NCBI GenBank assembly: GCA_963514005.1 | Contig: OY740808.1 | Coordinates: 11,532,001-11,596,000, forward strand | Origin: Raja brachyura | Lineage: Eukaryota | DNA: 64,000 bases | Reading direction: 5' to 3' | In this document: positions 50,189 to 61,435 of the stretch, piece after piece | Numbering within the stretch: position 1 is the stretch's first letter | Layout of the letters: each line of letters opens with the position of its first letter | The notes under the pieces: model-generated | The model's database searches: none | Seen by the model: only the letters and a program-made list of their open reading frames with translations | What the model was told of the DNA's origin: nothing | Made by a program: the position numbers and the translations under genes

Positions 50189-52010
50189 GTAAGTTGTTTA
50201 AGCTTCTTGTACAACATTTCATTATGTGTAAAATTTGCATTTGTGAACCTCACTCTCAGTTTCCAAATCAATACAATTTGAACATATAGGATCAAGTGGA
50301 GGAGAATTATAGTATGCTACCAGCTTGCAAAGTGAGGAAGATTTGTGTTTTGGGAACCTTTCCCACGGTTTAAGAAATGTTGTTTATTCACTTAAGGTGC
50401 AAGTATTGTCATCCTTTCGCCAAGTATTTCCTCTGGAAGAGGAAGAGCATCTATTATCTGTAACCAGCATGAAAGCCTTTGTTTTAGGTTGCCACTAATT
50501 AACAATGAACCTTTCCTTGTGTGCGCAGAGACAGAGATCTTGCAACTGTGTTTATTTTGGCCTTGTATCAGGCCCACCCTGTGTAGTTACAACACTGAAT
50601 ATTTCTTCAAAACTTGGGGTTTAAAGCTCTGATTTCTTCCACTTATTTCTTCCACATAATTTTGCCTGAATTTTTTTGAATGAGTCTTACTTAACCATTC
50701 GCTTAATTGTTTTTATAAACTTGCAGTGTTTAATAGGGTGCAAATTGGAGAAAGGAAATTTAAGTGCATATGAATGGCACAGATTACAATGGATAATAGA
50801 GAACGTGTGAAGTTATATTCTGTTTCTGCCCCTGAGGCCAAAATGTGTTTTTGCTGCCTGATATTTGCCAGTGTATTTTTTTAAACCACTTTTTTTTACT
50901 AAGTTAAATAAACCTATATCAGAAATGTTGCTGGGGAATTAGTCACCTAAATGTTAGTTCAAAAGGAAAGACCAAAATGGAATGTTGAAGTCTTAGAATT
51001 CCTGTTTTTAAAATCCACCAATGAGTGTAAATGAAACTGCAGGCAAAATATTTTTCAGTATTTATATTACATTCCAAAATGTGTAATGTGATAAATTATT
51101 TGGAAAATCCCAGGTAATTTCATACCAAAGCAGTAACCCAGCAAATCATTTGATCTTCTACCTCCTCCAAATAAATGTGGCTATAACTCAAAAGCTACGA
51201 TATGTTGCGTATATTAAAAACAATGGCATTTTCAGAATTAAATAGTTAATGTAAAACCAGGAAGAATCAAACGTGGAAGATGATTTTTAAGCTAATGATA
51301 CTCTTTATATAGCCAATTTGAGGTAAATCATTAAATGTAACTGCCAAAGGCAACAGTTGATAATGGGTTTATAAAACTTTCACTCTCAATGTCAAGGCTC
51401 AGCAAACTGCTTTAAGACAATCTGAGGATGATAATGCTGAAGCAATATTGATTTATTCAGATTTGATTTTTGTTTTGGCACACTAAACCCTAATTTGCCA
51501 AGATAGCCTATGGTCTGACCTATTTTCAGCTGATTTCTCATCTATGATCTTTTATAAAAAGAAGGCAAGATTAATTAATGTGTTATTAATTGCTCTTCTC
51601 TGATCTACACACAAGCCCAACTCTGTTTTAAATCTAACTTGAACTTTAGCTCTGGACCTTGCAACTGTTCTAGGCAAACCCTTTTCATTAAAATACATAG
51701 TGGGGTCCCCATTTTTAACCTGAGCAGACGTCTTTGAGAGTTTCCTTTTCAATCATTTAAAAGGAAGAGCCATATGGAAAAACTTAAAAGAAAAACATAG
51801 GGCAATATCTACTTTTATTTAGTTGTTTGACCAAAATCTCTGGTTTGTTGCCAGAATTCATTCATTCTACCCCGAAGGGCCAGGTGGGAATGGAGACCCA
51901 GATCCTTCTTGAGATCTCATTCGGTTAGTGGTCTCTGGTCACTTGGCTCTGGGAAAAAATGTCAGCTGGATTACTCAATGGTAGTGTCCAATGTTTAAAT
52001 TAGTTTTTTG

Positions 52011-52308
52011 TTTAGTTTAGAGATACAGCGTAGAAAGAGGCCCTTCGGCCTACTGAGTCCATGCTGCCCAACGATCGCCTGTACGCTAGTTCCATGTTAG
52101 ACCAGTTTTGCATCCTATACATTAGGGGCAAGTTACAGAAGCCAATTAACCTACGAACCTGCACATCCTGAATGTGGGAAGAAACTGGAACATCTGGAAC
52201 ATGCGGTCACAGGGAGAACGAACAAACTCCATACAGACATCATCTATAGTTGTGATCGAACCCGGGTCTCCGGCACTGTAAGACAGCAACTCTACCATTG
52301 TGCCACCA
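52011..52308 (-). mobile_element. V-SINE/HE1-like SINE
   Basis: tttagtttagagatacagcg tail; aaactccatacagacatc..gatcgaacccgggtctccggc..ctctaccattgtgccacc head. Confidence 0.8.
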
Positions 52309-53231
52309 TAATCTACACCTCCCATAGGTTAGAGGCCAGGTAGAAGATTCCCAGCTCAGTAAATGATAAACAGCTTAACAAATCCAACTAACTCCAGACC
52401 AGAAATGAGTGTAATCCCATAGCAGATGGACAATTCGTCAGATGATCAATAGGTTTTTTTATACTAAATTGTGAATTCCTGACTTTGATGATGCATGGTT
52501 TTCCGGAAGATGGTGATCCTGTCAGGGATACGACTGCATTGGTACAGTGTAATAATTATGATTGTCTGATAGCTTTGTTTCCACTATGTGAAAGAAAATC
52601 AGTGCAATATAATTTGCTCCCAGACTGAGAAACTTTATTACACTATTCCATGGAGACCTCAAGGGCAAAAACAATTGAAGATTCATTTATTCTACTTTGT
52701 CTTCCAATACAGTTGAAGTCTATTCAGTTATTGTGGTGAGTTTAAAGCCAGTGTGGCTTTTCTTTAGAATAGGATACCAAAGGAAAGTAAACTAGATTAG
52801 GGCACAATCGTTCTCCAGTGTTCTGAACTGTTTCCTTACCTCTGCCCCATACCTGCCAAGTCTATTGGAAATGAATGGGTTATGTTATTGACTCTATCAT
52901 TTAGCACCATATCTTCTCCTTTGTTTTGATTAAATTCCAGGTTGTAATCCATGTTGGATTAATGACTACATAATATTTCTTGTTTCCTCACAAAATTAGA
53001 GGAGGATATTTGGCCTATTGAGTTGATGGTGGCTGTTATGACCTTCATGTTTTCCCCCTCATTTCTCCTTAATCTAATTATTTGTCAGTGGGCTACAATT
53101 TTTAATAGCATTTGAGAATGTATTGAATTATTAGTTGAATAAATGATTCATAATGGGCACCCCTTCATTTGAAGCATGTTGGCACTATCTAGTGGCAGAA
53201 AAGTAACACTGCGTTTTTATTATCACAAGAA

Positions 53232-55370
53232 TCAAGATTGTTTAATTGACATATGCACCGGGAGCAGAACAATTACATTCTTGTTGCAGCTTTACAGGCA
53301 CATTAACGCAACTATAAAACAAATAAATATACAATAAACAATAATATAATTTATCTGTTATACTAAAGAACCAGCTCATAGTAAACAGTGCAATCTTGTA
53401 CAAAGTCCATTGTAGTTCAGAGCTGAGGTAAATTTGTGGTCAGGGTTGTGCAATATGGTTCAAGAGCGTACATGGACTTCGGTAAGGCGTTCGACAAGGT
53501 TCCGCATGGTAGGCTGCTCTGGAAGGTTAGATCATACGGGATCCAAGGAACAATAGCTGAATGGATAGCAAATTGGCTCCATGGAAGGAAGCAGAGGGTG
53601 ATGGCAGAAGGTTGCTTCTCAGACTGGAGGCCTGTGACTCGTAGTGTGCGTCAGTGTTCGAAGCTGGGCCCGTTACTGTTTGTCATCTACATCAGTGATT
53701 TGAATGTAAAACATACAGGGCAAGATTACCAAGTTTGCTGATGCTACAAAAGTTAGTGTTTTTACAGATAGTGAAGATGGTTGTGAAAGACTGCAGCTGG
53801 ATCTGGATCGATTGGCCAGGTGGGCGGAGGAACGGTTGATGGAATTTAATACTGAACAGTGTGAGTTGTTGCATTTTGGGATGTTGAACAAGGGCAGGAC
53901 CTACACAGTAAATGGTAGGCCTCTGGGTAGTGTTGTAGAGCAGAGGGATCTAGGAGTACAGGTGCATGGTTCCTTGAAGTCGAGTCACAGGTAGATAAGG
54001 TGGTCAAGAAGGCTTTTGGCCTTCATCAGTCAGAGTATTGAGTATAGACGTTGGGAGGTCATGTTGCAGTTGTATAAGACATTGGTGAGACCACATTTAG
54101 AATATTGTGTTCAGTTCTGGGCACCATGTTATAAGAAAGTTATTGTCAAGCTTGAAAGGGCTCAGAAAAGATTTACGAGGATGTTGCCAGAACTAGAGGG
54201 TGTGAGCTATAGGGAGAGGTTGGAAAAGGCTGGGTCTCTGTTTCATAGAGCGCAGGAGGAAGAGAGGTGATCTTATAGAGGTATACAAAATCATGAGAGG
54301 AATAGATTGGGTAGATGCACATCTACCCGGAATAGGGGAATCGAGGACCAGAGGACATAGATTCAAGGTGAAGGGGAAAAGATTTAATAGGAATCCGAGG
54401 GGTGACTGTTTCACATAAAGGGTGGTGGGCGTATGGAACAATCTGCCAGAGGAGGTAGTTAAGGCTGGGACTGTCCCATCGTTTAAGAAACAATTAGACA
54501 GGGACATGGTTTGGAGGGATATGAACCAAGCGCATGCTGGGACATTGTTGGGCCGAAAAGCCTGTTTCCTCACTGTATCACTATGACTCAAAGAGTGTGA
54601 TGGCTAACGGGAGAAGCTGTTCTTGAATTGGAGATAATATCCTCGGGCTCCTACCACTTCCCTGATGGTAGTAGCGAGATGAGAGAGTAGCCAGGATGTT
54701 GTTGATAATATTAGCTGTCTGTCTGGGGCAGTCGACCCATTCAATGGTAGGGAGGTCATTAGTCATAATAGACCAGGTATTGTCCACCACTTTCTCAGCC
54801 TCCTTTGTTGATGTGTGTTGGAATTACCAAACCAGGTAAACTGCAGCGAGTCAGTGTGCTCTCCACCATACACCTGTAGTTTGATAAGAGTATTCAGCAA
54901 CCTCCCAACATCTCTCTAACTTTCAAGGAAATGGAGCGGAGGAATTGATGATCTACCTATGTGATTGCTTCAATGTGCTGAACTCAGGACAATTTATCAG
55001 AGATGTGCGTATCCAGAATTTTGAAGCTGTTGACTCCACTGCTGTTCCTTAGATGGAAATTGATTCATGGGTCCTCGGCTCTTCCTTCCTGAACTCTTGC
55101 TATTATTGAGAGCAATTTTGTTGCTCTGGCACCATTTAACCAGATTATTGATCTCCCTCTTGTACCTTGACTCAACATTACCTATCATTTGTCTAACAAT
55201 AGTGGTATCATTGAATTAAAAAATGGCGTTGGAACTGTATTTGGTACAAAGCCATGGGTATGAAATAGTATAGCAGAGCACTGAGCACACAGCTTTGAGC
55301 TACTCCTATGCAGATAGTTAGCAAAGAGGAAGTATTATGGGCAATTTATACTGATTGAAGTCTGCTGATT
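53232..55370 (-). mobile_element. Degraded Rex1-type LINE interrupted by a CR1 fragment
   Basis: gatggctaacgggagaagctgttcttgaa; YKREINNLVKWCQSNKIALN on the minus strand; flanks are collinear around 53466-54587. Confidence 0.6.
53466..54587 (+). mobile_element. CR1 3' fragment (frameshifted RT)
   Basis: YMDFGKAFDKVPHGRLL; LYKTLVRPHLEYCVQFWAP; gggccgaaaagcctgtttcc..ctatgact tail. Confidence 0.9.
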
Positions 55371-55424
55371 GAATGTGTTAAACTGACTGATCACTGATCA
55401 GGAGTGAAGCCAATTCCTCCTAGC

Positions 55425-56020
55425 CTGAAGAAGAGTCTCAAACCGAAATGTGATCTATTCCTTTACTCCAGATATGCTGTCTGACCCGCTGAGTTACTCC
55501 AGCTTTTTGTGTCTATGTCAGAACGTCAATATGGTTTTATTGTAGAAAGAAACTGCAGATGCTGGTTTATGCCAAAGATGGACACAAAGTGCAAGTAACT
55601 CAGCGGGTCAAGCAGCATCTCTGGAGAAAAAGGATGGGTGATGTTTCGGGTTGTGACCCATCTTCAGACTGAAAGTAGAGAGGAGGGAACTTAAGGTAAG
55701 AAACGGCCAGAACAAAGTAGGGCTGGCAAGGAAGGGTGGAGCCATTATGGACCATGATTGTCTGGGGAAGGGATACAAACAATGGAACTGGTAGGATGTC
55801 TGGGAGGGGGGAGGAGAGAGGGAATGCATGGGTTACTTTAAATTAGAGAAATCAATCATCACACTACTGGGTTGTAAGCTGCCGAAGCAAAATACGAGGT
55901 GCTGTTCCTCCAATTTGCGTGTGACCTCGCTCTCACAGAGCAGGAGGCCCAGGACAGTATGGGAATGGAAGGGGGTGTTTGGAGATCGTGTAGGCCAAGG
56001 CAAACTTAGTATGTGAAGAT
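55425..56020. mobile_element. Penelope-derived fragments: a + strand tail (55425-55515) facing a - strand 3' part (55545-56020)
   Basis: RKLEEQHLVFCFGSLQP..M.IDFSN on the minus strand; inverted ctgacccgctgagttactccagc / gtaactcagcgggtca. Confidence 0.75.
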
Positions 56021-56648
56021 GGGTTAGGGGAAACAATCAGGCTGAAAGAGGGCTGGGGAGAGTGCTTTGGAAAGAAAAGGGTATGTGAGAAGATCTGGGC
56101 AGATCAGATGGGGAGAGAAAGGGACAGAGAGGTAGGAATACTTCATGCCTCCTGAGTCAGCTGTGCCATTGGTGATCAACCACCACTCTGTTTATGTACA
56201 GAATGCGTGGAGGTCAAAGCTTTCTAGATGTTAACCTTAAATTTGGCCCCAGGAATTGAGGACTCAAAATCCTCTGAGGAGACAATTTAAAGATTTATAA
56301 GTGTCTGAATGAACAATATATTGCTCAACGCACTGAACAATGATAAATGTCTTCCTTGAGATTATTGACCTAAATTCTGGAGAGAAAAGCCTTTTGGACA
56401 TCTTCCAAGTCCTCCCATAATATCTTGTTCAGTGAGATCTTATCTTGGTTCTTTAAATTAGAGAAGTATAGATGAATCTTATTTGACCTCTTGTCATAGG
56501 GCAATTCTATTATCCCTGGGATCATCCTGGTAAAATTTGGTTGCACCACCTCAAATGAAAGTAAACCCTTTACAGGGCACAGAGACTGTGTTGCACACTC
56601 TACACCAAGTGTGGTCTCACCAGAGCCCGACTCAGGACAGTAACATTT

Positions 56649-56711
56649 TATTTTACTTCGGAGTCACGTGAGTGACTACGTGAAGACCCCGCCAGCACGC
56701 ATGCGCGACAT
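56649..56711 (+). repeat. DIRS left terminal repeat
   Basis: 56677-56711 is the exact reverse complement of 61328-61362; 56649-56686 is the exact reverse complement of ICR 61097-61134. Confidence 0.95.
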
Positions 56712-56819
56712 ATCGTCGTGCGCATGCGGAAGCGACGGTCGGGAGGAGCGGGGCTCCTCCAGCGTGAGTTTAAAAAGCTCACGCCAGGTAAGTCTCACCG
56801 AAGGAGTGAGTCGACCATT

Positions 56820-58025
56820 ATGGAAGGGAGAAAATCAAAGAGAGCGGCGGCCAAATCAGCGGCTAAGGACAGCAGCCAACGGAGAACCGCCTCTCCAGAG
56901 CTACAGGTTCTACCTGCAGCTCCCGACTTTTCGGACTTTGAGACCGTTGGTACGCCACGGTCGGGGAAAACTACCCGGAAGTCGGCCGGGGCCGACTCAG
57001 CGGAGTCCGGTCCCGAGGGCACCCCGCTCGCTGGCAGCGACGGAGGTCGCCTTGACCGCATTGAGCGGATGATGGAGCAGCTGCTCCAACGTGACCTGCT
57101 AAAGCAGGGGCAGGATCACAGTGGGACCCCTAGTAGGCCCACGGCAAGTTCCTTTCGAGGACTGCCTAATGTATCCCCTTCTATACAGGGGAGCATTGAG
57201 GGTCAGAACTGGGCTGACCCAGAAGAAGGGGAGTTGGCTGAAGCACCTGCAGCGTCAGGGGTGTGTGAAGATTATATGGATGTGGTGAGCAAACATGCCA
57301 TGCCCAACCAGAAGGGCCTACCCATCCACCCCAAGCTGGCTGCCAGCATTGATTATATGGCCACTAACCAACTTCAGGAACAGGCCATCAATGCCACAGC
57401 AGATAAATATATGGCGCCAGAAAACTGCAAGTCATTAAATGTACCCGCGGTGAACAACCCGATATGGGGAAACATGAGCCCCTCGAGTAGAGGGCAGGAG
57501 ATGAAACTTCAGAAGATCCTGAAGCTCCTTACCGCAGGGATGACTGCAGTAGCCAGAACAGCAGTGGGAGTGGATATGCCGGAAGAACTACAAGATGCTT
57601 TGGCCTTACTGTGCAACACACAGTATGAAATAAATAATTTCAGGAAAAGCATTATAAAGCCGGCGCTTAACCCCAAGTTCGCGGGGTTGTGTAAGCCTGG
57701 GAAGACGCAGCCTCCAAGCCTGCTATTTGGGGAAGATCTCCCCAAACAGGTTAAAGATCTTGACGAGGAGGCTAAGGCTTTGGGCCTTATTAAAGTACCT
57801 GGGTACACTAAGCCTCATCACCCACACAGAACGCACCCCTACGCACCCACCGGGCAGAGTTACCCTAACAGGTCTGCCGGTGGTGAAAGCTCGAAGGCCG
57901 GCATACCTGCTCAGCGGTCTTTTTTAGGCCAAGGCCCAGGCCGGCCTCCTTGGAAGATGCGCCACTCCCAGAACACCTACAACCAGCCGAGGAAGCAAGG
58001 GCAGAAACCACCACACCGGCAGTAA
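56820..58025 (+). CDS. DIRS ORF1, gag-like protein
   Basis: Open frame (alternative ATG at 56724); P.NC..L.VP.VN..IW, D/E.KLQK, DALALL, IN.FRK..IKP.LN..F, LFG.DL motifs seen in DIRS ORF1. Confidence 0.85.
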   Translation: MEGRKSKRAAAKSAAKDSSQRRTASPELQVLPAAPDFSDFETVGTPRSGKTTRKSAGADSAESGPEGTPLAGSDGGRLDRIERMMEQLLQRDLLKQGQDHSGTPSRPTASSFRGLPNVSPSIQGSIEGQNWADPEEGELAEAPAASGVCEDYMDVVSKHAMPNQKGLPIHPKLAASIDYMATNQLQEQAINATADKYMAPENCKSLNVPAVNNPIWGNMSPSSRGQEMKLQKILKLLTAGMTAVARTAVGVDMPEELQDALALLCNTQYEINNFRKSIIKPALNPKFAGLCKPGKTQPPSLLFGEDLPKQVKDLDEEAKALGLIKVPGYTKPHHPHRTHPYAPTGQSYPNRSAGGESSKAGIPAQRSFLGQGPGRPPWKMRHSQNTYNQPRKQGQKPPHRQ

Positions 58026-58027
58026 CC

Positions 58028-59962
58028 ATGGAGGTAGGTGGGTCTGGGATCCCCAAGAACACTACTGACCCAAATTCACTTTGCATAGGGGGCAGGTTGC
58101 ACATGTTCCTCGAGAATTGGCTCACTTTTACCTCTGATCCTTATATACTCAGGAGTATTCAGGGCTACAAAATTGAATTTATTCACGAACTCCCTACCCC
58201 GGTACAGCATGCACCTAGTCGGAAATTCGTCCTTTCTCATAGAGATAAGGCAGCAGGGCATGCTGAACTACAGAGGTTGATAGAAAAAGGGGTAATTGAG
58301 AAGGCCTTTAAAGAACCTCAGGAGTTCGTGTCTAATATATTCACTAAAAACAAAAAAGATGGCGGTTGCCGCATCATCATAGATTTGACCGACCTGAATA
58401 CTTCTGTCCAGTATATTCATTTTAAAATGGACACCTTCGACACTGCTATTCAGCTTATAGCCAATGGGTACTACATGGCATGCGTTGACCTCAAAGATGC
58501 ATACTATTCAGTACCCATACACAAGGATCATAGGAAATACTTAAAATTTATCTGGATGGGACAATTATGGCAATATAAAGCTTTGCCTAATGGGTTATCG
58601 TCAGCACCCAGATTGTTTACCAAGATATTGAAACCAGCTTTGGCCTATTTAAGGAAACAGAATCATACTGTTATGGCCTATCTTGATGACATCCTCATAG
58701 TGGGGGAGAATTTGGAGATGGCTACCTTGGCAGTCACAGCCACGAAACATATTTTTCAGAAACTGGGGTTTACGATACATCCAGATAAATCAATATTGGA
58801 ACCCTCTACCACCATGAAATATTTGGGGTTCATTATTGACTCAGTGCAAATGTCTGTCACGTTACCACCAAGCAAGGTGGAAGACCTGATAGAGGCTTGC
58901 AGGAGCCTCATTGGCATTAAGGTCCCATCCATTCGGCAGGTGGCCAGGGTGATTGGGAAGATAGTAGCTGCTTTTCCTGCAGCACAATATGGGCCCTTAC
59001 ATTACCAAAACTTACAAAGAGCCAAAATTACGGCGCTCAAAAATCATGCTGGACATTTTGATAGGCCCATGAAAATTCCAGAAAAGGCAAAAGCCGAATT
59101 ATATTGGTGGATGGGTAATGCCCAAAATTGTTCCAAACCCATAACTATCACCAATCCCTCGATCACCTTACAAACGGATGCCAGTGCCAAAGGGTGGGGA
59201 GCTACTAACACTACCTCTAGCTGTGGAGGTAGATGGAGTGCACCAGAGTTAACCCTATTTAAAAACTTAGGGATTAACTATTCAGAAATGCTGGCAGCAT
59301 TTCACGGCCTTAAGGCATACTGCACTAACATGCACAAAGTTCATGTTAGAATACAGATTGACAACACCACGGTGGTAGCCTATATTAACCACATGGGCGG
59401 TGTAAAGTCGATATCGTGTGATGAATTGGCCAACAATATCTGGTACTGGTGTCTGCAAAGAGAAATTTGGATCTCTGCAACTTACCTTCCAGGTAAACTA
59501 AACACAGTGGCAGACACCAGGTCACGGAAATTCAACGACAACATAGAATGGATGTTGGATTGGAATGTGTTCACAGATATTGTAGAACGTTATGGGACAC
59601 CAGATATCGACCTTTTCGCGTCCAGGCTAAATCACCAACTACCAACGTATGTTGCTTGGGAGCCAGACCCGGGGGCAGTAGCGATGGATGCTTTCTCGCT
59701 ACACTGGGGGGATTTATTTTGCTACGCTTTCCCCCCTTTCTGCCTCATCAGTCGGGTCTTGCAAAAAATCAAGCAAGACTCCGCATCGGGTATCTTGGTA
59801 GTGCCCGACTGGCCTACTCAACCATGGTTCCCTCTCGTACAGAAGATGGCCACAGAACCCTGTATCAGGGTGAATAAAAGACCAAGCCTGCTTGTTCATC
59901 CTGTTACAGGAGAATGTCATCCATGTCATGACCGCATGGATTTGTTAATTTGCAGATTTTAA
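58028..59962 (+). CDS. DIRS ORF2: reverse transcriptase, RNase H and DNA N6-adenine methyltransferase-like domain
   Basis: accATGg start 2 nt after the gag stop; DLKDAYY, LPNGLSSAPRLFTK, YLDD; TDAS..GWG, EMLA, IDNTT, N..AD..SR; DLFAS..YAFPPF..VPDWPTQPWF. Confidence 0.95.
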   Translation: MEVGGSGIPKNTTDPNSLCIGGRLHMFLENWLTFTSDPYILRSIQGYKIEFIHELPTPVQHAPSRKFVLSHRDKAAGHAELQRLIEKGVIEKAFKEPQEFVSNIFTKNKKDGGCRIIIDLTDLNTSVQYIHFKMDTFDTAIQLIANGYYMACVDLKDAYYSVPIHKDHRKYLKFIWMGQLWQYKALPNGLSSAPRLFTKILKPALAYLRKQNHTVMAYLDDILIVGENLEMATLAVTATKHIFQKLGFTIHPDKSILEPSTTMKYLGFIIDSVQMSVTLPPSKVEDLIEACRSLIGIKVPSIRQVARVIGKIVAAFPAAQYGPLHYQNLQRAKITALKNHAGHFDRPMKIPEKAKAELYWWMGNAQNCSKPITITNPSITLQTDASAKGWGATNTTSSCGGRWSAPELTLFKNLGINYSEMLAAFHGLKAYCTNMHKVHVRIQIDNTTVVAYINHMGGVKSISCDELANNIWYWCLQREIWISATYLPGKLNTVADTRSRKFNDNIEWMLDWNVFTDIVERYGTPDIDLFASRLNHQLPTYVAWEPDPGAVAMDAFSLHWGDLFCYAFPPFCLISRVLQKIKQDSASGILVVPDWPTQPWFPLVQKMATEPCIRVNKRPSLLVHPVTGECHPCHDRMDLLICRF

Positions 59963-60939
59963 AACGGCCACTTCATGGATTCGGACTCTCCAACAGGACC
60001 ATTGATACCATCACGGGAGCCTGCAGAGAGTCCACAAGGAAGCAGTACCTGACCTACATCAGGAAATGGGAAGGATTCTGCGTGACTACTAAAACAACAT
60101 ACGAAACCGCCACCATCACGGAAGTGCTGGAGTTTCTGGCTACCCTTCATTACGATGAAAGTCTAAGCTACAGCGCCATTAACTGTGCCAGGAGTGCCCT
60201 ATCGTCTTACTTGGGCAAGGGGAGTGACCAATTGGGAATTGGGTCACATCCCCTAGTATCCAAATTTATGAGGGGAATATTTAATTCTAATCCCCCCAGG
60301 CCCAGATATAGCCATACCTGGGACATCAGCACGGTATTGACGATGCTGCGAGGATGGACACCGAACACGGGACTCCCTTTGGCCAAATTAACCTACAAAA
60401 TGGTTATGATAATGGCACTGATCACGGCGCAACGGGTCCAGTCCCTGCACAAACTCAGTCTGGATGCCATGGCAATTACCAGTGGGAAAATCACATTCCA
60501 GGTGCAGGGACTATTGAAGCAAGATCGACCCGGAGTGTCTGGACATACTTTGGAGTTCCTGGCTTACCCAGCGGACACCCGTCTTTGTATCGTTACATTG
60601 ATTCTGCGATACATTTCAGTCACTAAAAATCTAAGGGGCACGGAAACAGCTTTTGCTTTGCTTGTCAGTCACAAGAAGCCTCATCACAGGGTCACGGTGC
60701 AAACCATTTCCAGATGGTTAAGGGTGGTACTGGATGCGGCGGGGGTGGATACTAATGTGTACAAATCTCACTCCACCAGGGCAGCATCCACCTCGGCGGC
60801 TAGAAGGATGGAGGTACCACTGGATCACATCCTGGCCACAGCGGGTTGGAACAATGAGAAAACCTTCCACCGCTTTTATAACAAACCCGTGACCTCCCCT
60901 GACAATTATGCAGGGAGGATTTTAAGTGCTGCCAGATAA
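59956..60939 (+). CDS. DIRS ORF3: tyrosine recombinase (no own N-terminal ATG)
   Basis: STRKQY..W N-terminal domain; catalytic R (TAQRVQSL), K (LKQ), HSTR, GW, F..FY; frame open 59932-60939. Confidence 0.93.
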   Translation: MLKRPLHGFGLSNRTIDTITGACRESTRKQYLTYIRKWEGFCVTTKTTYETATITEVLEFLATLHYDESLSYSAINCARSALSSYLGKGSDQLGIGSHPLVSKFMRGIFNSNPPRPRYSHTWDISTVLTMLRGWTPNTGLPLAKLTYKMVMIMALITAQRVQSLHKLSLDAMAITSGKITFQVQGLLKQDRPGVSGHTLEFLAYPADTRLCIVTLILRYISVTKNLRGTETAFALLVSHKKPHHRVTVQTISRWLRVVLDAAGVDTNVYKSHSTRAASTSAARRMEVPLDHILATAGWNNEKTFHRFYNKPVTSPDNYAGRILSAAR

Positions 60940-61096
60940 ATAACCCTTATGGGACACAATATTGTGTTTGGTATGAATAAATACCTGTTTTGTTTTTCAG
61001 CCAGTGTCTTGTCTGAATCACGTCCATCCTCTTATCCCAGCTTTAGCGGTGTGTGAGCATGGAGCTTCCAGGGCATGAAATCACAGAGCTTTGAAA

Positions 61097-61209
61097 TCTT
61101 CACGTAGTCACTCACGTGACTCCGAAGTAAAATAGTAAGATTAAACGAGAACTTACCAGTTTGAAGTTTGATCTTTATTTTATGAGGTGTCACGATGAGG
61201 GATTACGTG
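61097..61209 (+). repeat. DIRS internal complementary region (ICR)
   Basis: First part complementary to the element's 5' end, second part (61131-61209) complementary to the 3' end 61357-61435. Confidence 0.95.
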
Positions 61210-61327
61210 CCCTCCGCTCCCGACCCTCTATTATAAAGATCACCTGGTATGAAAGTTCTCTTTTTTCTCTTACTATGTCAGTCATTGTGACTGTTTGTTC
61301 TGTGATTTCACACCACTGCTTTGAAGA

Positions 61328-61435
61328 ATGTCGCGCATGCGTGCTGGCGGGGTCTTCACGTAATCCCTCATCGTGACACCTCATAAAATAAAGATCAAAC
61401 TTCAAACTGGTAAGTTCTCGTTTAATCTTACTATT
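61328..61435 (+). repeat. DIRS right terminal repeat with 3' extension
   Basis: atgtcgcgcatgcgtgctggcggggtcttcacgta followed by a segment complementary to the ICR, ending atcttactatt. Confidence 0.95.

Larger units (their letters stand above)
56649..61435 (+). mobile_element. Full-length DIRS1-type tyrosine-recombinase retrotransposon in an LZTR1 intron
   Basis: Inverted termini, internal complementary region, and three open frames (gag-like, RT/RH/MT, YR). Confidence 0.97.

Noticed and set aside
61161-61405. Two opposite-strand ORFs with the same N-terminus MKFDLYFMRCHDEGLR
   Set aside because: Consequence of the ICR / right-terminus inverted repeat, not genes.
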